Below, piece after piece: positions 51,747 to 62,296 of a stretch of DNA of 64,000 bases (position 1 is the stretch's first letter; each line of letters begins with the position of its first letter). This stretch comes from an uncultured Deferribacteres bacterium (GTDB taxonomy: Bacteria > Zhuqueibacterota > JdFR-76 > DREG01): positions 4,967-68,966 of the forward strand of contig CAYXGW010000011.1 of assembly GCA_964464595.1 (NCBI GenBank), read 5' to 3'. The translations under genes and the position numbers were made by a program. Under the pieces are notes generated by a model, which had not been told where the DNA came from, did not search any database, and saw only the letters and a program-made list of their open reading frames with translations.

Positions 51747-54700
51747 TTATCTTCCTGAAATGATGATATTAACATTAATGCCGAATTCTGTAATTTTGGT
51801 CTCTCCCAGCAATTTGTTTTTGGTTTTGCCAAATTCAAAGTGAACACCGCCTCTGACTGTGGTACTAAAAGAATATGTCATTCTTGGCGTTATCGACCAT
51901 TTTTCATTTCGGGTCCATTCCTGGTAAGTACCTTCTTCACCTCTTCTCTGTTCACTAATATCTAAACTTTTGGTAAAATTCATAGAAAAATCAATATTGT
52001 TTCTAATGACTTTATTTTTAAAGAATGGCAGAGGGATTTTTAATCCGCCGCTTTTGGCATAAGTTATGGATGCTGAAATATCACTTCTGGTCTTTTTGGT
52101 AGCGCTGGATCCACTTCGTTGATTAACCGTCTCCGAAAAGCTTTTATCAAATGAAATATTAGAAGAGAGACTTCCTTTCCAGGTTATAGTTGCACCAACC
52201 AATGGCCGGAAGTTGTTCGTAAATGTCTCATTGGTAATATTATCTGAGACATCTTGCCATTTGGTAACCAGGCGACTGGTTCTACCATGTTCCAATGTAA
52301 ACCGTTGAACATATTTCTTGATGAATTTTATCTTTTCTAAACCTGACCAGCGAATGGTCCAGTTTGGAAAAGGAATCTCTGTTTCACCAACCCGCCAACG
52401 CGTATCCGTCACGCTTCCAGTAGTTACCGTAGTTTGATTTTGAGAATTGTCATAGGTATATTTTAAGGTCACTTTTAATTTAGCACTGATATCCAGCCCA
52501 GAAGACGCGTCCAAATTGTATCCTTCCACAAATGATCCTCTATTGGTCCCAACATTTTGTGCTTCTACCGGTCCGGGATTAAACGTTCTGCCTATTTGAA
52601 ATTTGAATGGAGGAATTCCTTCAAGTCCAAATGCGCTTTTGGAAAATTTTTTAGAGTATCGAAGTGAAATCGGCTGTAGATTGGAACCAATCAATGGAAA
52701 TATTTTCAAAGGATTTGGAAAGGAAAATCCACCCTCGTCATCTTTTTCGTTATCTTCTTCATCTTTTTTCTTCTCAACATCTTGAACTTTTTTATTCTCC
52801 TTTTCTTTTTTGGGAGGAGTTGTTCTTCTAACCCGCCCTCTTGTTGTTGGTTTTTTACTGAATTTTCGCACCAACGCTTTGGGTGTGAATGTTAAACTCG
52901 CAGAATAATTTACTTGATTGCTAGTACTCTTCCCTTGCGAAATTTGTTGTATGTTGTCGTTATACCTAAAGGTGGTATTTGCTGAAATATTTACTTTAAA
53001 CCAGTTCGACAAGGATGGATTATATTGTCCTTTTAAAGACTGAGAAATTGAGGTAAGCCTCCCAAACTCTCCGCTTAATACTTCTGTCCAATCCAATATA
53101 TTTCTTAAATCATTACCATGAGTACGAGAAAAATCTACCGTTAAATTGTTTAATGGTTGAAAAGAAGTTCCTACATTCTGATTGATTATAAATGTATATT
53201 TGGGGGTTTTCAATCCATTTCTATTCAGTGAATTATCCTCTTTCCGACTAAAAGACATCTTAGCGTTAAATCTTTTCGGTAAGAGGAAAATCTTGGCCTT
53301 GCTAAGAACATCCACAATCGGACCATTGCCCAACCAGCCAAATGGTCTAAAGCCAAATTTCGAATTTATACTTATATTATGTGAAATATCGCCGGTATAG
53401 GATTTTGACTTTGCTTTTTCAACAATTGAATTGCTGGAATTCGTTTCTGAAAAACTATAATTAACCGAAAGTGCATCAATCGTATATTTTAATATGGGGT
53501 TGCGGGATTTACGATTTCTCTTTAATCCAACAGAAAAGTTCGTTCTTCTACTTATTATTTTAATAGTCTCCAACAAGCTATCGCTGGCTGTTTTTTCCGA
53601 GACGATAATATCGCTGCCTGGAAAATATTTTGGACTGCCCTCGGATCTTTGGAACCCTATATTTACAGGAATAGAAATACCCAATCCTTGGGGAAGAAAT
53701 TTATCCATCTGAAGCCTGGCATTGAAGTTACCCCCAATCCTGTTATTCCCTTTTCCGAATCTTTCATTAACCGTACGGAAATCATCATCGACTCTGTTCA
53801 CTTCCATGTTGATAGTACCTATGTCCGCCAGCTTCATAACTGCCCGTACCCGCATGGCTTTACCCCGGTCTTTTTTTACACCGGATAAACGCAGTTCGTT
53901 AATCCAGATTTCGCCGGTAAATAAGTTTAACGAATCCATATTAACCACGCCGACGGTAAGCTTCCGGACATTGGTTAAAGATGGCTTCCCGACTACTTTT
54001 ATTGTATCACCATCTTCAGTGACTATTGCGATATAATTCTCTTTAAGATATTCCGGCCTGTTTTTTAGTCCTGCCAGCACTTCAAAATCCAAAACAATCT
54101 CATTCCTGATGTCCCATCCCGGAAAAACTTTTTCTCGCAATTCATAATAATTTTTATCATCCGCGCCGAACCTGAAGATAAGTTCGATGTCTGACGTTTC
54201 GGGAGTAATATGCAAACTGAAAGGATCTCCATAAACGAACATTTTCATCTTATTATAATTGATGTAATTTTGAGATTGAAAAAAGGTCTTTTCTACGATC
54301 CCTGTTGCACCGGGGTCCAAATTCTCTATCTTCAACACCAGGGCTTGCTCCCTTTGGATTACACGGGTAATCTGGTCGACTTCACCGGCGACTCCCGGCG
54401 GTGGTTTATAATCAGGGTTGTCATAAGTATTTACAACCGTAATTTGTATGGTGCTATCGTCATTAGCTACAATTTGCGTTTGATCCAAACCAGCAGGTAT
54501 AACGCCTAGTTCTTTCCATTCACTTCCAACTAAATTGATTTCTGCAATTTCAATGAATATTTTGTCTTTCGGAGCTTCGTCTACCCATAATCGAACATAT
54601 TCAATATTTGTATATTGCGGGTTACCCACAACGGTATCCGGATCCGCTAACGGAATGCGATACATTTGCCAGCCGCTGTTCACACGCCCACCGGCTATCA

Positions 54701-57700
54701 ATGCAGTATCGGGATTTGATTTGTCCAACGAAAAGCTGTAGGTAAAATAATCATTACGTAAATCCAGGTCGCCGTTCCGGTTTAGATCTTCAGTATCCGG
54801 GAATCTGCCGCCCTCATCATTAAGGTTACCCTCTGTGCCATTTATCCTGGAATAATCGCTACTTTTGGAAATGTAAGACCAATCATCATCACCGGCATCT
54901 CCTTCCACATTTTCTTCGTCCCTTCCGGCAACACCATCGAGCCCGGTATCTTCGTCTTCATCGAGAATATTATTTCTGATAGGCTTATCTTCAGTATTTA
55001 ACCTACCATTGGGAATAGCATCTTCTGAGATTTGACCGAATTCGAAATGAAGCTTTCCTTCATTGCCATTAACCCATACTTCCAAAAATTTACTGGTGGA
55101 TTGGTCAGCATAACCGGCGGAAAGATACCTCATTAATCCAACCCAGGATTCCTCAAGATACTCCGGTTTTCGTTCAAATTCCAAAGTTAAAACATTAACT
55201 GTTTGCGGTACATTCGGATTCACATTTTGGGTCGGCCATATTTCTTTAATGGGTACCAAGGAATACGGATTATACCAAATTAACTTTCCCCGGCTTAGGT
55301 TTTTTGCTGCATCGCTAGCCAATGAATTATAATTCATCAAACCCGGAATGACTTGCGGCACACTCGAAATAGTCCATTGCCTACGGATAACGCCAAGCGG
55401 TGTTTCCCGTTTTGCAGATTCGAAATCATCTACATAAACTAGGCCTTCATTATCACCTGTTCCGCTATTATTTCTTGAATTTGGATTCGGAATGATCTCG
55501 GCTAATTCCGCCTCAATTTTAAGAGTTGTCGGCTCTTTGGTTTGCACAAATGGCAGGGCATTTAACCCTTTTGTAATGAAATAAGGCTCGAAATTCAAAG
55601 ATGTGTTTACATTCCAGACAAAATTGGTCATCGGACCATCCTGTCCAATCCGGACTTTTTGATCCAGTGTACTTTGGTTCAAATACAATAATGTACCTCC
55701 AATAAAGGAATTATTGAACAGCTCATAATCCCAGCGTGTGCCAAGTATGGTTTTCCGATCAATTTGGAACAATTGATTGCTTTCGTAACTGATGTCTAAA
55801 GAGGCATTGGGATCTGCAGCTTCTTCAACATTTAAAGTTAAATTCCCGCTAAAATAATCGATATTGTAATCGGTGCCGCTTTGCAGCCTGCGGCCATTCA
55901 GCATAATTTCTTCACTATTTTCGATCACATTAAAGCCAAGGCTGTAACTGGTTTGTCTAATTTTGGCAGATGTTGAAATGTAAAAATTACTTCGTGAAGT
56001 AATATATCGATAATCGGTAGTATCGTAAATAGCGGAAACCCGTTTATCTACAGGTAAATTCTCACTGTTAAATGGCTCTAATTCGGGAAAGATGATTTCA
56101 CCGCGCGCCCAGTTGATGATATTGGAATCGTCGTCTAATAGGTTATCAGGATTAGGACTACCATTTAAATCGCGCCTGTCTAAACCAAATATTTCTAAAT
56201 AAGATACGGGGTCGCTGCCGGGTTCAGTTAGGGTTTCCTGGGGATCGCCGCTTGGCGGCTTAAAATAAATTTTAAGCTCGAATGCTTCCTTATCGATGTT
56301 ACGTGTACCCAGATAATAGACATTTTTCCATTCCAAATCCCAAGTTTCATCACTGGCTATTGGATTCTTTGTACGAAGGAGCTGTAAGATAATCCGGGTG
56401 TTGCCTATGTCAAGATAATCAATATCGCCAACCGTATTTCCAGATATGTCACGATATGCAACTGCCAGTACTTCCCCGGTGCTTAATGGCCTTTCCAGAA
56501 CAATATAACCGAGTTGCTTATGAACGAAATATTCGGTTTGTTCCAACCGTTTTAAAAAACCTTTATGGTGGTTTTGATCCACAATAAAAGTGTCCGGATC
56601 AGCCGGATTCGCTCCTTCAGGAAAGGCAATAGCCCAACCCTGTATTACGCCTTCTCCTATCTTGGACTGGCCATTGTATTCAGATTTATAAACTTCTATT
56701 TCAACAATATTTCTGTTTTCATCGGCAACAAGATGGATACCATCCTGATCAACATTTGAAAATTGGTTTCTGAAATATCTGTTTAGAAAAAAGTATGTAC
56801 CTTTGCGGTAGTCATAATCTTGTTTATCATTTGTATCATCCGTGGAACCCCCGGCAATGGACAATCGCTTTTTTTGGCCTTTTTCCTGGCTAATAATAGT
56901 CGTCATCTTCATATTGCCAAAACGCAAGTTGGACTTTATGCCAAATAGCCCGGTACTTTTTGTACTAAAAGTAACAAACCTCGAACCGGGCAAAGAGAGG
57001 GATACATTACCGGCTTCGATACTTTCTATAATCTCGTCATCAAAGCCTTTGTATTGGAGGCGAACAGCATTGTTAAACTCGAAGGGACGCTCACTGTCCT
57101 GGTCTACAAATACATTCACTTTTTCACCAATATTTCCCTTAACCGTGAAACGCTGGGTCTGCTTCATTTTAAAGTTGGTATTGGAGGGTCTGTTTAATGC
57201 TGTTTTTACCTGGCTTCGTTTTTCGTTCCGTAATCCACCATCAATGGTTATATTTCCAGTTACTTGTAATCCCACACTGCTGCCGCCAAAAATTTTCTGG
57301 AAAGCTGCACTTTTGATGGGGATTGGAATTTCAAATCCTACCCCAGATCGATTGGACACCTGGCCCTCTTCAAATGGACCACTTAACAAATAATTAATCC
57401 AACTTTGTTCCTGGCCAATTTGATAGCGAATATCCAGGTAATCTTGAAACGCCAAGCGAACAGGCAATTTAAAATCCTGATTATAGATTGTTTGTTGTAT
57501 GCAGACAGATTTCAAATTATCCTGAATTTCATAAGTCGTTTTTAACCCAGGTATCTTATTGGGGAAAAGAGGATTTTGAATAATCGAATATCGTAGCCCC
57601 TTGTAGGAAGCCTGAATTATAGATGCGACAATCGGATTACGGGAGGAGGAAGTAGGCCTTAACTTTAAATAAGCCGAATATCCTTCGTTAGAAAAGATGG

Positions 57701-57791
57701 TTAGCGATAAAATAACCACCCAAAAAGTAGTCAACCGAACATTAACAATCTGATGTTTGGATGGTCTGAAAAAATAGTTTAAAAAATACAC
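51747..57791 (-). CDS. sprA: Giant outer-membrane protein (2014 aa), SprA/Sov-like T9SS translocon candidate
   Basis: N-terminal signal/anchor (LTTFWVVILSLTIFSNEGYSA). Very long beta-rich sequence with Asn/Thr/Ser/Gly-rich amphipathic strands throughout. An Asp-rich calcium-binding-like insert (DEDEDTGLDGVAGRDEENVEGDAGDDD). Size and composition fit SprA. T9SS cargo and a QC-like gene are in the same window. Confidence 0.5.
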   Translation of the reverse strand: MYFLNYFFRPSKHQIVNVRLTTFWVVILSLTIFSNEGYSAYLKLRPTSSSRNPIVASIIQASYKGLRYSIIQNPLFPNKIPGLKTTYEIQDNLKSVCIQQTIYNQDFKLPVRLAFQDYLDIRYQIGQEQSWINYLLSGPFEEGQVSNRSGVGFEIPIPIKSAAFQKIFGGSSVGLQVTGNITIDGGLRNEKRSQVKTALNRPSNTNFKMKQTQRFTVKGNIGEKVNVFVDQDSERPFEFNNAVRLQYKGFDDEIIESIEAGNVSLSLPGSRFVTFSTKSTGLFGIKSNLRFGNMKMTTIISQEKGQKKRLSIAGGSTDDTNDKQDYDYRKGTYFFLNRYFRNQFSNVDQDGIHLVADENRNIVEIEVYKSEYNGQSKIGEGVIQGWAIAFPEGANPADPDTFIVDQNHHKGFLKRLEQTEYFVHKQLGYIVLERPLSTGEVLAVAYRDISGNTVGDIDYLDIGNTRIILQLLRTKNPIASDETWDLEWKNVYYLGTRNIDKEAFELKIYFKPPSGDPQETLTEPGSDPVSYLEIFGLDRRDLNGSPNPDNLLDDDSNIINWARGEIIFPELEPFNSENLPVDKRVSAIYDTTDYRYITSRSNFYISTSAKIRQTSYSLGFNVIENSEEIMLNGRRLQSGTDYNIDYFSGNLTLNVEEAADPNASLDISYESNQLFQIDRKTILGTRWDYELFNNSFIGGTLLYLNQSTLDQKVRIGQDGPMTNFVWNVNTSLNFEPYFITKGLNALPFVQTKEPTTLKIEAELAEIIPNPNSRNNSGTGDNEGLVYVDDFESAKRETPLGVIRRQWTISSVPQVIPGLMNYNSLASDAAKNLSRGKLIWYNPYSLVPIKEIWPTQNVNPNVPQTVNVLTLEFERKPEYLEESWVGLMRYLSAGYADQSTSKFLEVWVNGNEGKLHFEFGQISEDAIPNGRLNTEDKPIRNNILDEDEDTGLDGVAGRDEENVEGDAGDDDWSYISKSSDYSRINGTEGNLNDEGGRFPDTEDLNRNGDLDLRNDYFTYSFSLDKSNPDTALIAGGRVNSGWQMYRIPLADPDTVVGNPQYTNIEYVRLWVDEAPKDKIFIEIAEINLVGSEWKELGVIPAGLDQTQIVANDDSTIQITVVNTYDNPDYKPPPGVAGEVDQITRVIQREQALVLKIENLDPGATGIVEKTFFQSQNYINYNKMKMFVYGDPFSLHITPETSDIELIFRFGADDKNYYELREKVFPGWDIRNEIVLDFEVLAGLKNRPEYLKENYIAIVTEDGDTIKVVGKPSLTNVRKLTVGVVNMDSLNLFTGEIWINELRLSGVKKDRGKAMRVRAVMKLADIGTINMEVNRVDDDFRTVNERFGKGNNRIGGNFNARLQMDKFLPQGLGISIPVNIGFQRSEGSPKYFPGSDIIVSEKTASDSLLETIKIISRRTNFSVGLKRNRKSRNPILKYTIDALSVNYSFSETNSSNSIVEKAKSKSYTGDISHNISINSKFGFRPFGWLGNGPIVDVLSKAKIFLLPKRFNAKMSFSRKEDNSLNRNGLKTPKYTFIINQNVGTSFQPLNNLTVDFSRTHGNDLRNILDWTEVLSGEFGRLTSISQSLKGQYNPSLSNWFKVNISANTTFRYNDNIQQISQGKSTSNQVNYSASLTFTPKALVRKFSKKPTTRGRVRRTTPPKKEKENKKVQDVEKKKDEEDNEKDDEGGFSFPNPLKIFPLIGSNLQPISLRYSKKFSKSAFGLEGIPPFKFQIGRTFNPGPVEAQNVGTNRGSFVEGYNLDASSGLDISAKLKVTLKYTYDNSQNQTTVTTGSVTDTRWRVGETEIPFPNWTIRWSGLEKIKFIKKYVQRFTLEHGRTSRLVTKWQDVSDNITNETFTNNFRPLVGATITWKGSLSSNISFDKSFSETVNQRSGSSATKKTRSDISASITYAKSGGLKIPLPFFKNKVIRNNIDFSMNFTKSLDISEQRRGEEGTYQEWTRNEKWSITPRMTYSFSTTVRGGVHFEFGKTKNKLLGETKITEFGINVNIIISGR

Positions 57792-58259
57792 GCCTTAATA
57801 AACAATATCATAAATATTCAGTGATTTAAACAATTATCGTAACAATCGCTAACTTCTGGTTCCTCCATCTTAGAAATCCGTATTCAAATATTGATGCCGG
57901 TTAACTTATCAAAAACGATCCCGATTTTCAAGGGGAAATTCAACAAATTCACCAACCGGGCAATTGAAAGCCATAAAAAAATATCAAATTGTTAATTTTG
58001 TAATTGCTCATTAAATCATCGGCATTACAGCCAATTTTTGAATTTTTAAGTCAAGGATAAATGGAATCTATTTTTGAATTTTATCTTTGTTGTCTTTGGT
58101 ATATTCTGCATTGTATATTTAAAACACTCACTATAAATAAGTTCCTAATATTATTTATTTTATTAGAGGACGATAGTTGAAGTGAAGATTTAGGTTGGTT
58201 ATCTTTTTATGAATCGATGATAACTTTTTGTTAATCAGAGAATAAAACAAAAGCAAAGA

Positions 58260-59669
58260 ATGAGAAATCCATTATCTTTAAAAACTCTTACTCGCTACAT
58301 CCTAAAAGAGCATATCTGGCCCTTTTTATTTGCTATCAGTCTGTTAACCCTCATATTTCTCTTAAATATTCTGTTTCGTGATTTAGGACGAATGCTTAGC
58401 CGGGGAATTAACATATTCACTTTTTTGGAATTACTTGGATTAAATTTAGCATGGATAATTGCCCTTTCATTTCCGATGGGCGTTCTTGTTTCCACACTTT
58501 TTACATTTGGTAAATTCTCAGCTGAGAATGAAATCACAGCAATAAAGGCCAGTGGCATCAGTTTTCTTCAACTGCTTATGCCTGTTTTGATTGCCGGTGT
58601 TTTATTGGCAGCAGGATTAATTGTTTACAACAACACGGTACTGCCTGAGTTTAATCACCGGGCTCGACTCTTAACAGAAGATATTTATCGGAAAATTCCT
58701 ACTATAAAAATAGAACCCAATGTCGTATTTACGGATATCCCTGATATCAATTTATTTACAAAGAAAATAATAGATCTGGATAGCAGTTCTCGCTTGGAAA
58801 CTATAATTATAGACGATTTAACCAATCCATATAAACGAAAAACGATCCTCGCACAATGGGGAATTCTGCAATTCGACGAAGAAGCTGATCGTTTAATCTT
58901 GGATTTATATGATGGCGAGATCCACGAAGTTGACTACAATAATCTTACGGATTATCGTAGAGGAACATTTAACCAACATAGACTCAGTATCGATATTCCC
59001 GGCCTTTCCCTTAAAAGAAGCAACTCAAGTCACCGGGGTGATCGAGAAAAAACTATTCAAATGATGGAGAGAGATATCAAAAAATATCGAGAATCCATAG
59101 CTACAAGGAATGAAAGGATAGCAACCCTGATTGGGCAACAATTTGCAAATGTATTACCTCCTGATCTATTTCAAAATCTAAATGGTCCGATTACACTATC
59201 CAATAACGATGTATTTGCAAATGATAAAACCAACACTGACCTGTTCCAAATTGTGAAAACCAGGTTGAAAAATTCTCAAAACCAAATTAAACAGGAAAAA
59301 CGATTGATTCGAAGTTATTCCCGTAAAATCAGTTCACTTCAAGTTGAAATCCACAAAAAATATTCAATCCCCGTAGCATGTATCATTTTTATATTTGTCG
59401 GAGCGCCACTTGGAATTGTAACGAAAAAGGGCAACATGGGGGTAGCTGTGGGAATTAGCATGCTATTTTTTTTGATGTTTTGGGTTTCGTTAATTCAGGG
59501 TGAAATTCTTGCAGATCGGCAGATCGTTAGCCCTGCCTTTGCTATGTGGTCTGCTGATATTATTGTTGGCGTTATTGGTTTACTATTGATTTTGGTAACA
59601 GTAAATGAAACCAGGTTTACCTTTAAATGGCCCATTAAAATGAAAAAACGAACGATTAACCATGAATAA
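58260..59669 (+). CDS. lptF: LptF/LptG-family (YjgP/YjgQ) LPS export permease
   Basis: N-terminal TM1-3 (IWPFLFAISLLTLIFLLNILF...), a large periplasmic beta-jellyroll insert, and C-terminal TM4-6. Length 469 aa. Confidence 0.8.
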   Translation: MRNPLSLKTLTRYILKEHIWPFLFAISLLTLIFLLNILFRDLGRMLSRGINIFTFLELLGLNLAWIIALSFPMGVLVSTLFTFGKFSAENEITAIKASGISFLQLLMPVLIAGVLLAAGLIVYNNTVLPEFNHRARLLTEDIYRKIPTIKIEPNVVFTDIPDINLFTKKIIDLDSSSRLETIIIDDLTNPYKRKTILAQWGILQFDEEADRLILDLYDGEIHEVDYNNLTDYRRGTFNQHRLSIDIPGLSLKRSNSSHRGDREKTIQMMERDIKKYRESIATRNERIATLIGQQFANVLPPDLFQNLNGPITLSNNDVFANDKTNTDLFQIVKTRLKNSQNQIKQEKRLIRSYSRKISSLQVEIHKKYSIPVACIIFIFVGAPLGIVTKKGNMGVAVGISMLFFLMFWVSLIQGEILADRQIVSPAFAMWSADIIVGVIGLLLILVTVNETRFTFKWPIKMKKRTINHE

Positions 59670-60738
59670 GTTTGATCAATATATTTCCAAGCAATTTCTC
59701 TACACACTCATTTTTGCAATTGTCATATTCACTATATTTTTTATGACAGTCGACCTGGTTGAAAACCTTGATAAATTCATCGATAGGGAAGTACCAAGAA
59801 ACATAATAATTCAGTATTATATTTACTTTATACCTTACATAATTATTTTCATTATACCCATTGCTGTTTTGTTATCCACCCTGTTTTCAGTAGGAACTAT
59901 GGCTCGCCACAATGAATTAATTGCAATGCAGACCTCAGGGGTCAGTTTAAATCGAATTGCAACTCCACTGTTGGTACTGGGATTCGTCATTAGTTTGTTG
60001 ATGATTCTTTTTACGGAATACGTTATGCCGCCGGCCAGCCAAAAGAAATTTACCATAAAACGCAAATATCTCGACAGAGTATCGGAAAAGATATTCTTAC
60101 AACAAAATAATATTAATATTTTGCAAGATGAAAATACCAGGGTGTTTATTTCACATTTTGATAGTAAAGAGAACACCGCTCATGATGTAATGATTCAGGA
60201 GTATAAACAAGGAAGCCTGGTTAAACGTGTTGATACAAAGAAGATGCACTGGCAAAACGGCCAGTGGATAATGGAAGAAGGTATTACCAGGGTTTTCACC
60301 AAGGACACTGAGCTAATCGCTCCATTTGAAACCCAGGAAGTCAGTAATTTTGACATTGACCCTACGGAATTAGGTAAAGTTCAAAAAAAACCTGATGAGA
60401 TGAACCACAATGAACTTCGAAAATTTATTCGAAGGGTTGAAAGAAACGGCGCTGATACTACCAAATGGCTGGTAGATTTACACATGAAATTTTCATTCCC
60501 TTTTTCCAGTTTCGTGATCGTGCTATTTGGTATTCCATTGGCTGCTTCAGGTAAAAGAAGCGGAAAAGCTCTTGGATTTGGGATAAGCCTGGGGGTTTGC
60601 TTCTTGTTCTTTGGGTTGGTAAAAATGTTGCAAACTTTAGGTTATAATGGCATTTTACATCCGGTTTTGGCGAGCTGGGGAAGCAATATCATCATTGCAG
60701 GTGTAGGGTTTCTTTTGATGGCAACAACTAGAAAATAA
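59662..60738 (+). CDS. lptG: LptF/LptG-family LPS export permease (second subunit)
   Basis: Same 3TM-periplasmic domain-3TM architecture, 358 aa. It overlaps the upstream paralog by 8 nt. Confidence 0.8.
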   Translation: MNKFDQYISKQFLYTLIFAIVIFTIFFMTVDLVENLDKFIDREVPRNIIIQYYIYFIPYIIIFIIPIAVLLSTLFSVGTMARHNELIAMQTSGVSLNRIATPLLVLGFVISLLMILFTEYVMPPASQKKFTIKRKYLDRVSEKIFLQQNNINILQDENTRVFISHFDSKENTAHDVMIQEYKQGSLVKRVDTKKMHWQNGQWIMEEGITRVFTKDTELIAPFETQEVSNFDIDPTELGKVQKKPDEMNHNELRKFIRRVERNGADTTKWLVDLHMKFSFPFSSFVIVLFGIPLAASGKRSGKALGFGISLGVCFLFFGLVKMLQTLGYNGILHPVLASWGSNIIIAGVGFLLMATTRK

Positions 60739-60969
60739 AATCTACGAAACTGGCAGGTTTTTGTTGAGAAATCGATATTCCAAAATGGAAATTTGAAAAT
60801 CTGTTAGAATATTTCAGAAATGAATCAAACAGACAAGAAAACATTACTTTTACTAAATATTTAAATTTGGATTTAAGACATTTGTTCCGGTTTTTGAAAT
60901 TCGGATATAGGAATTAAGCGATTAGGTATATTGACAAAAAATTGTCGATGAAGACATTGTAAATATCTA

Positions 60970-60992
60970 AAATAAAAAAGGCCTGTCCGAAG
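60970..60992 (-). terminator. Rho-independent terminator for the minus-strand OMP gene
   Basis: An A-run (aaaataaaaaa) then ggcctgtc-cgaa-gacagacc, an 8-bp stem with one C/A mismatch. It lies 43 bp downstream of the stop at 61035. Confidence 0.4.
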
Positions 60993-61034
60993 ACAGACCT
61001 TCCGTTGGGAGGGAGGAAGCTTTTAGAAAATCTA

Positions 61035-62288
61035 TTAAAAAATAAATGCAGTCGAAAGCGCCAATCCTATTGTTTTTGCTTTTGATGGTACAAATCCACC
61101 ACCAATACTGATTCCCGCGTCTATATGAATAAATCCCAATTTAAGACCAAATCCCGTTGATGTTAAAACTCCATTTCTACCTCCGAAGCCAATACCAAAA
61201 CGCAATGGAAAAAAACCAATCCCGCTCCATTCGGTTCCAAATCCGAAATAAGGTTTGGTTGTAACTCCTGGTCTCTCCGAAAATCCCTGGTGATAGTCGA
61301 AGGCAATCAGAAAACTACTTCCTTGTCTCGCAATCCCAAATTGAATTTCACCTGGCAATGTTGTAGAAAACGGATCGATAGCCACTGTTCGGTCACCATG
61401 GATGATAACCGAATCTTTGTCAGAAGAGTTTTCCACATTCACAGCGCCGTCCGTATAAAAATAAGCTTCAAATTGCTCCGTATTTTTATCCCAATTTATA
61501 TTGCTGAAGACATTCTTTAATGAAAGGCCGAATGTCCATTTCTCCTGCTGTGCTGCAAATCCGATATCGCCTGAAAATCCGGATCCGCCTTGTGCGTAGC
61601 GAACTTTAACATTTCCTTCGCCCTGGCTTTCAAAACCGTTATAAAACTCACCGCTGGATTCTACTACATTGCTGTATCCTAACCCAATCAAATAATTAAA
61701 ATTGGCACCAAAGTACAATTTGTTAAACAAAAACTTTCCGAGTGGAAATGCAACTGAGGTTGTTACACTGGTATATCCAAACGCCTCACCTGCATTATCA
61801 CCGATATCATAACTTTCATTCCATCGAATTCCCTCTAGAAAAAGACGAAAGTAATCCTTTGATATGTCAAGATTGGAAGCGACTTTTGCGGAAACAGTCA
61901 ATGCAAAATAACCCACAGCAAATCCGACAGCTTGAGCATCAGAAATCACATCTAGATTCAGCCCATCTTCCGGGACAGTGGCAAGAATTGTTTGTATATC
62001 TGCGGATGAAAGATATTGACCGACATAAGCGTCATAATGTTTTTTTTAAAAGCTGTTGTTTCTTACATTCAATCCTGCGCCCACAAGTCCAAGGGCAAAA
62101 GGCGGCCGGTCGTTAAGAGCTAAATTGGCAGGATTCCAAAGCGGTGCGGCTAAACCCCGAGCTACCGCTGTATACATCTGGCCCATTCCCAAACTACGTG
62201 CGTTGGCATAATTTTGTGCTTCGGAGCTTACTGTCCAGGACATAGCATAAAAGAGAACAAAGATGGTGATTTTATTAAATTTTTTCAT
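61035..62288 (-). pseudogene. FadL/PorV-like outer-membrane beta-barrel gene interrupted by a single in-frame TAA
   Basis: The 80-aa ORF has a signal peptide plus NARSLGMGQMYTAVARGLAAPLWNPANLAL, a FadL/PorV-type N-terminal motif. The 304-aa ORF (GTG start) ends ...LALSTAFIF with a C-terminal Phe. The two ORFs are in the same frame, separated only by the TAA at 62046-62048 within cttttaaaaaaacat. Confidence 0.55.
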
Positions 62289-62296
62289 AATTAAAA

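Noticed and set aside
61949-62048. Programmed readthrough or genetic-code reassignment explaining the in-frame TAA
   Set aside because: All other genes in the window terminate normally with TAA/TAG/TGA. No known bacterial code reassigns TAA. Pseudogene or base-call error is more parsimonious.
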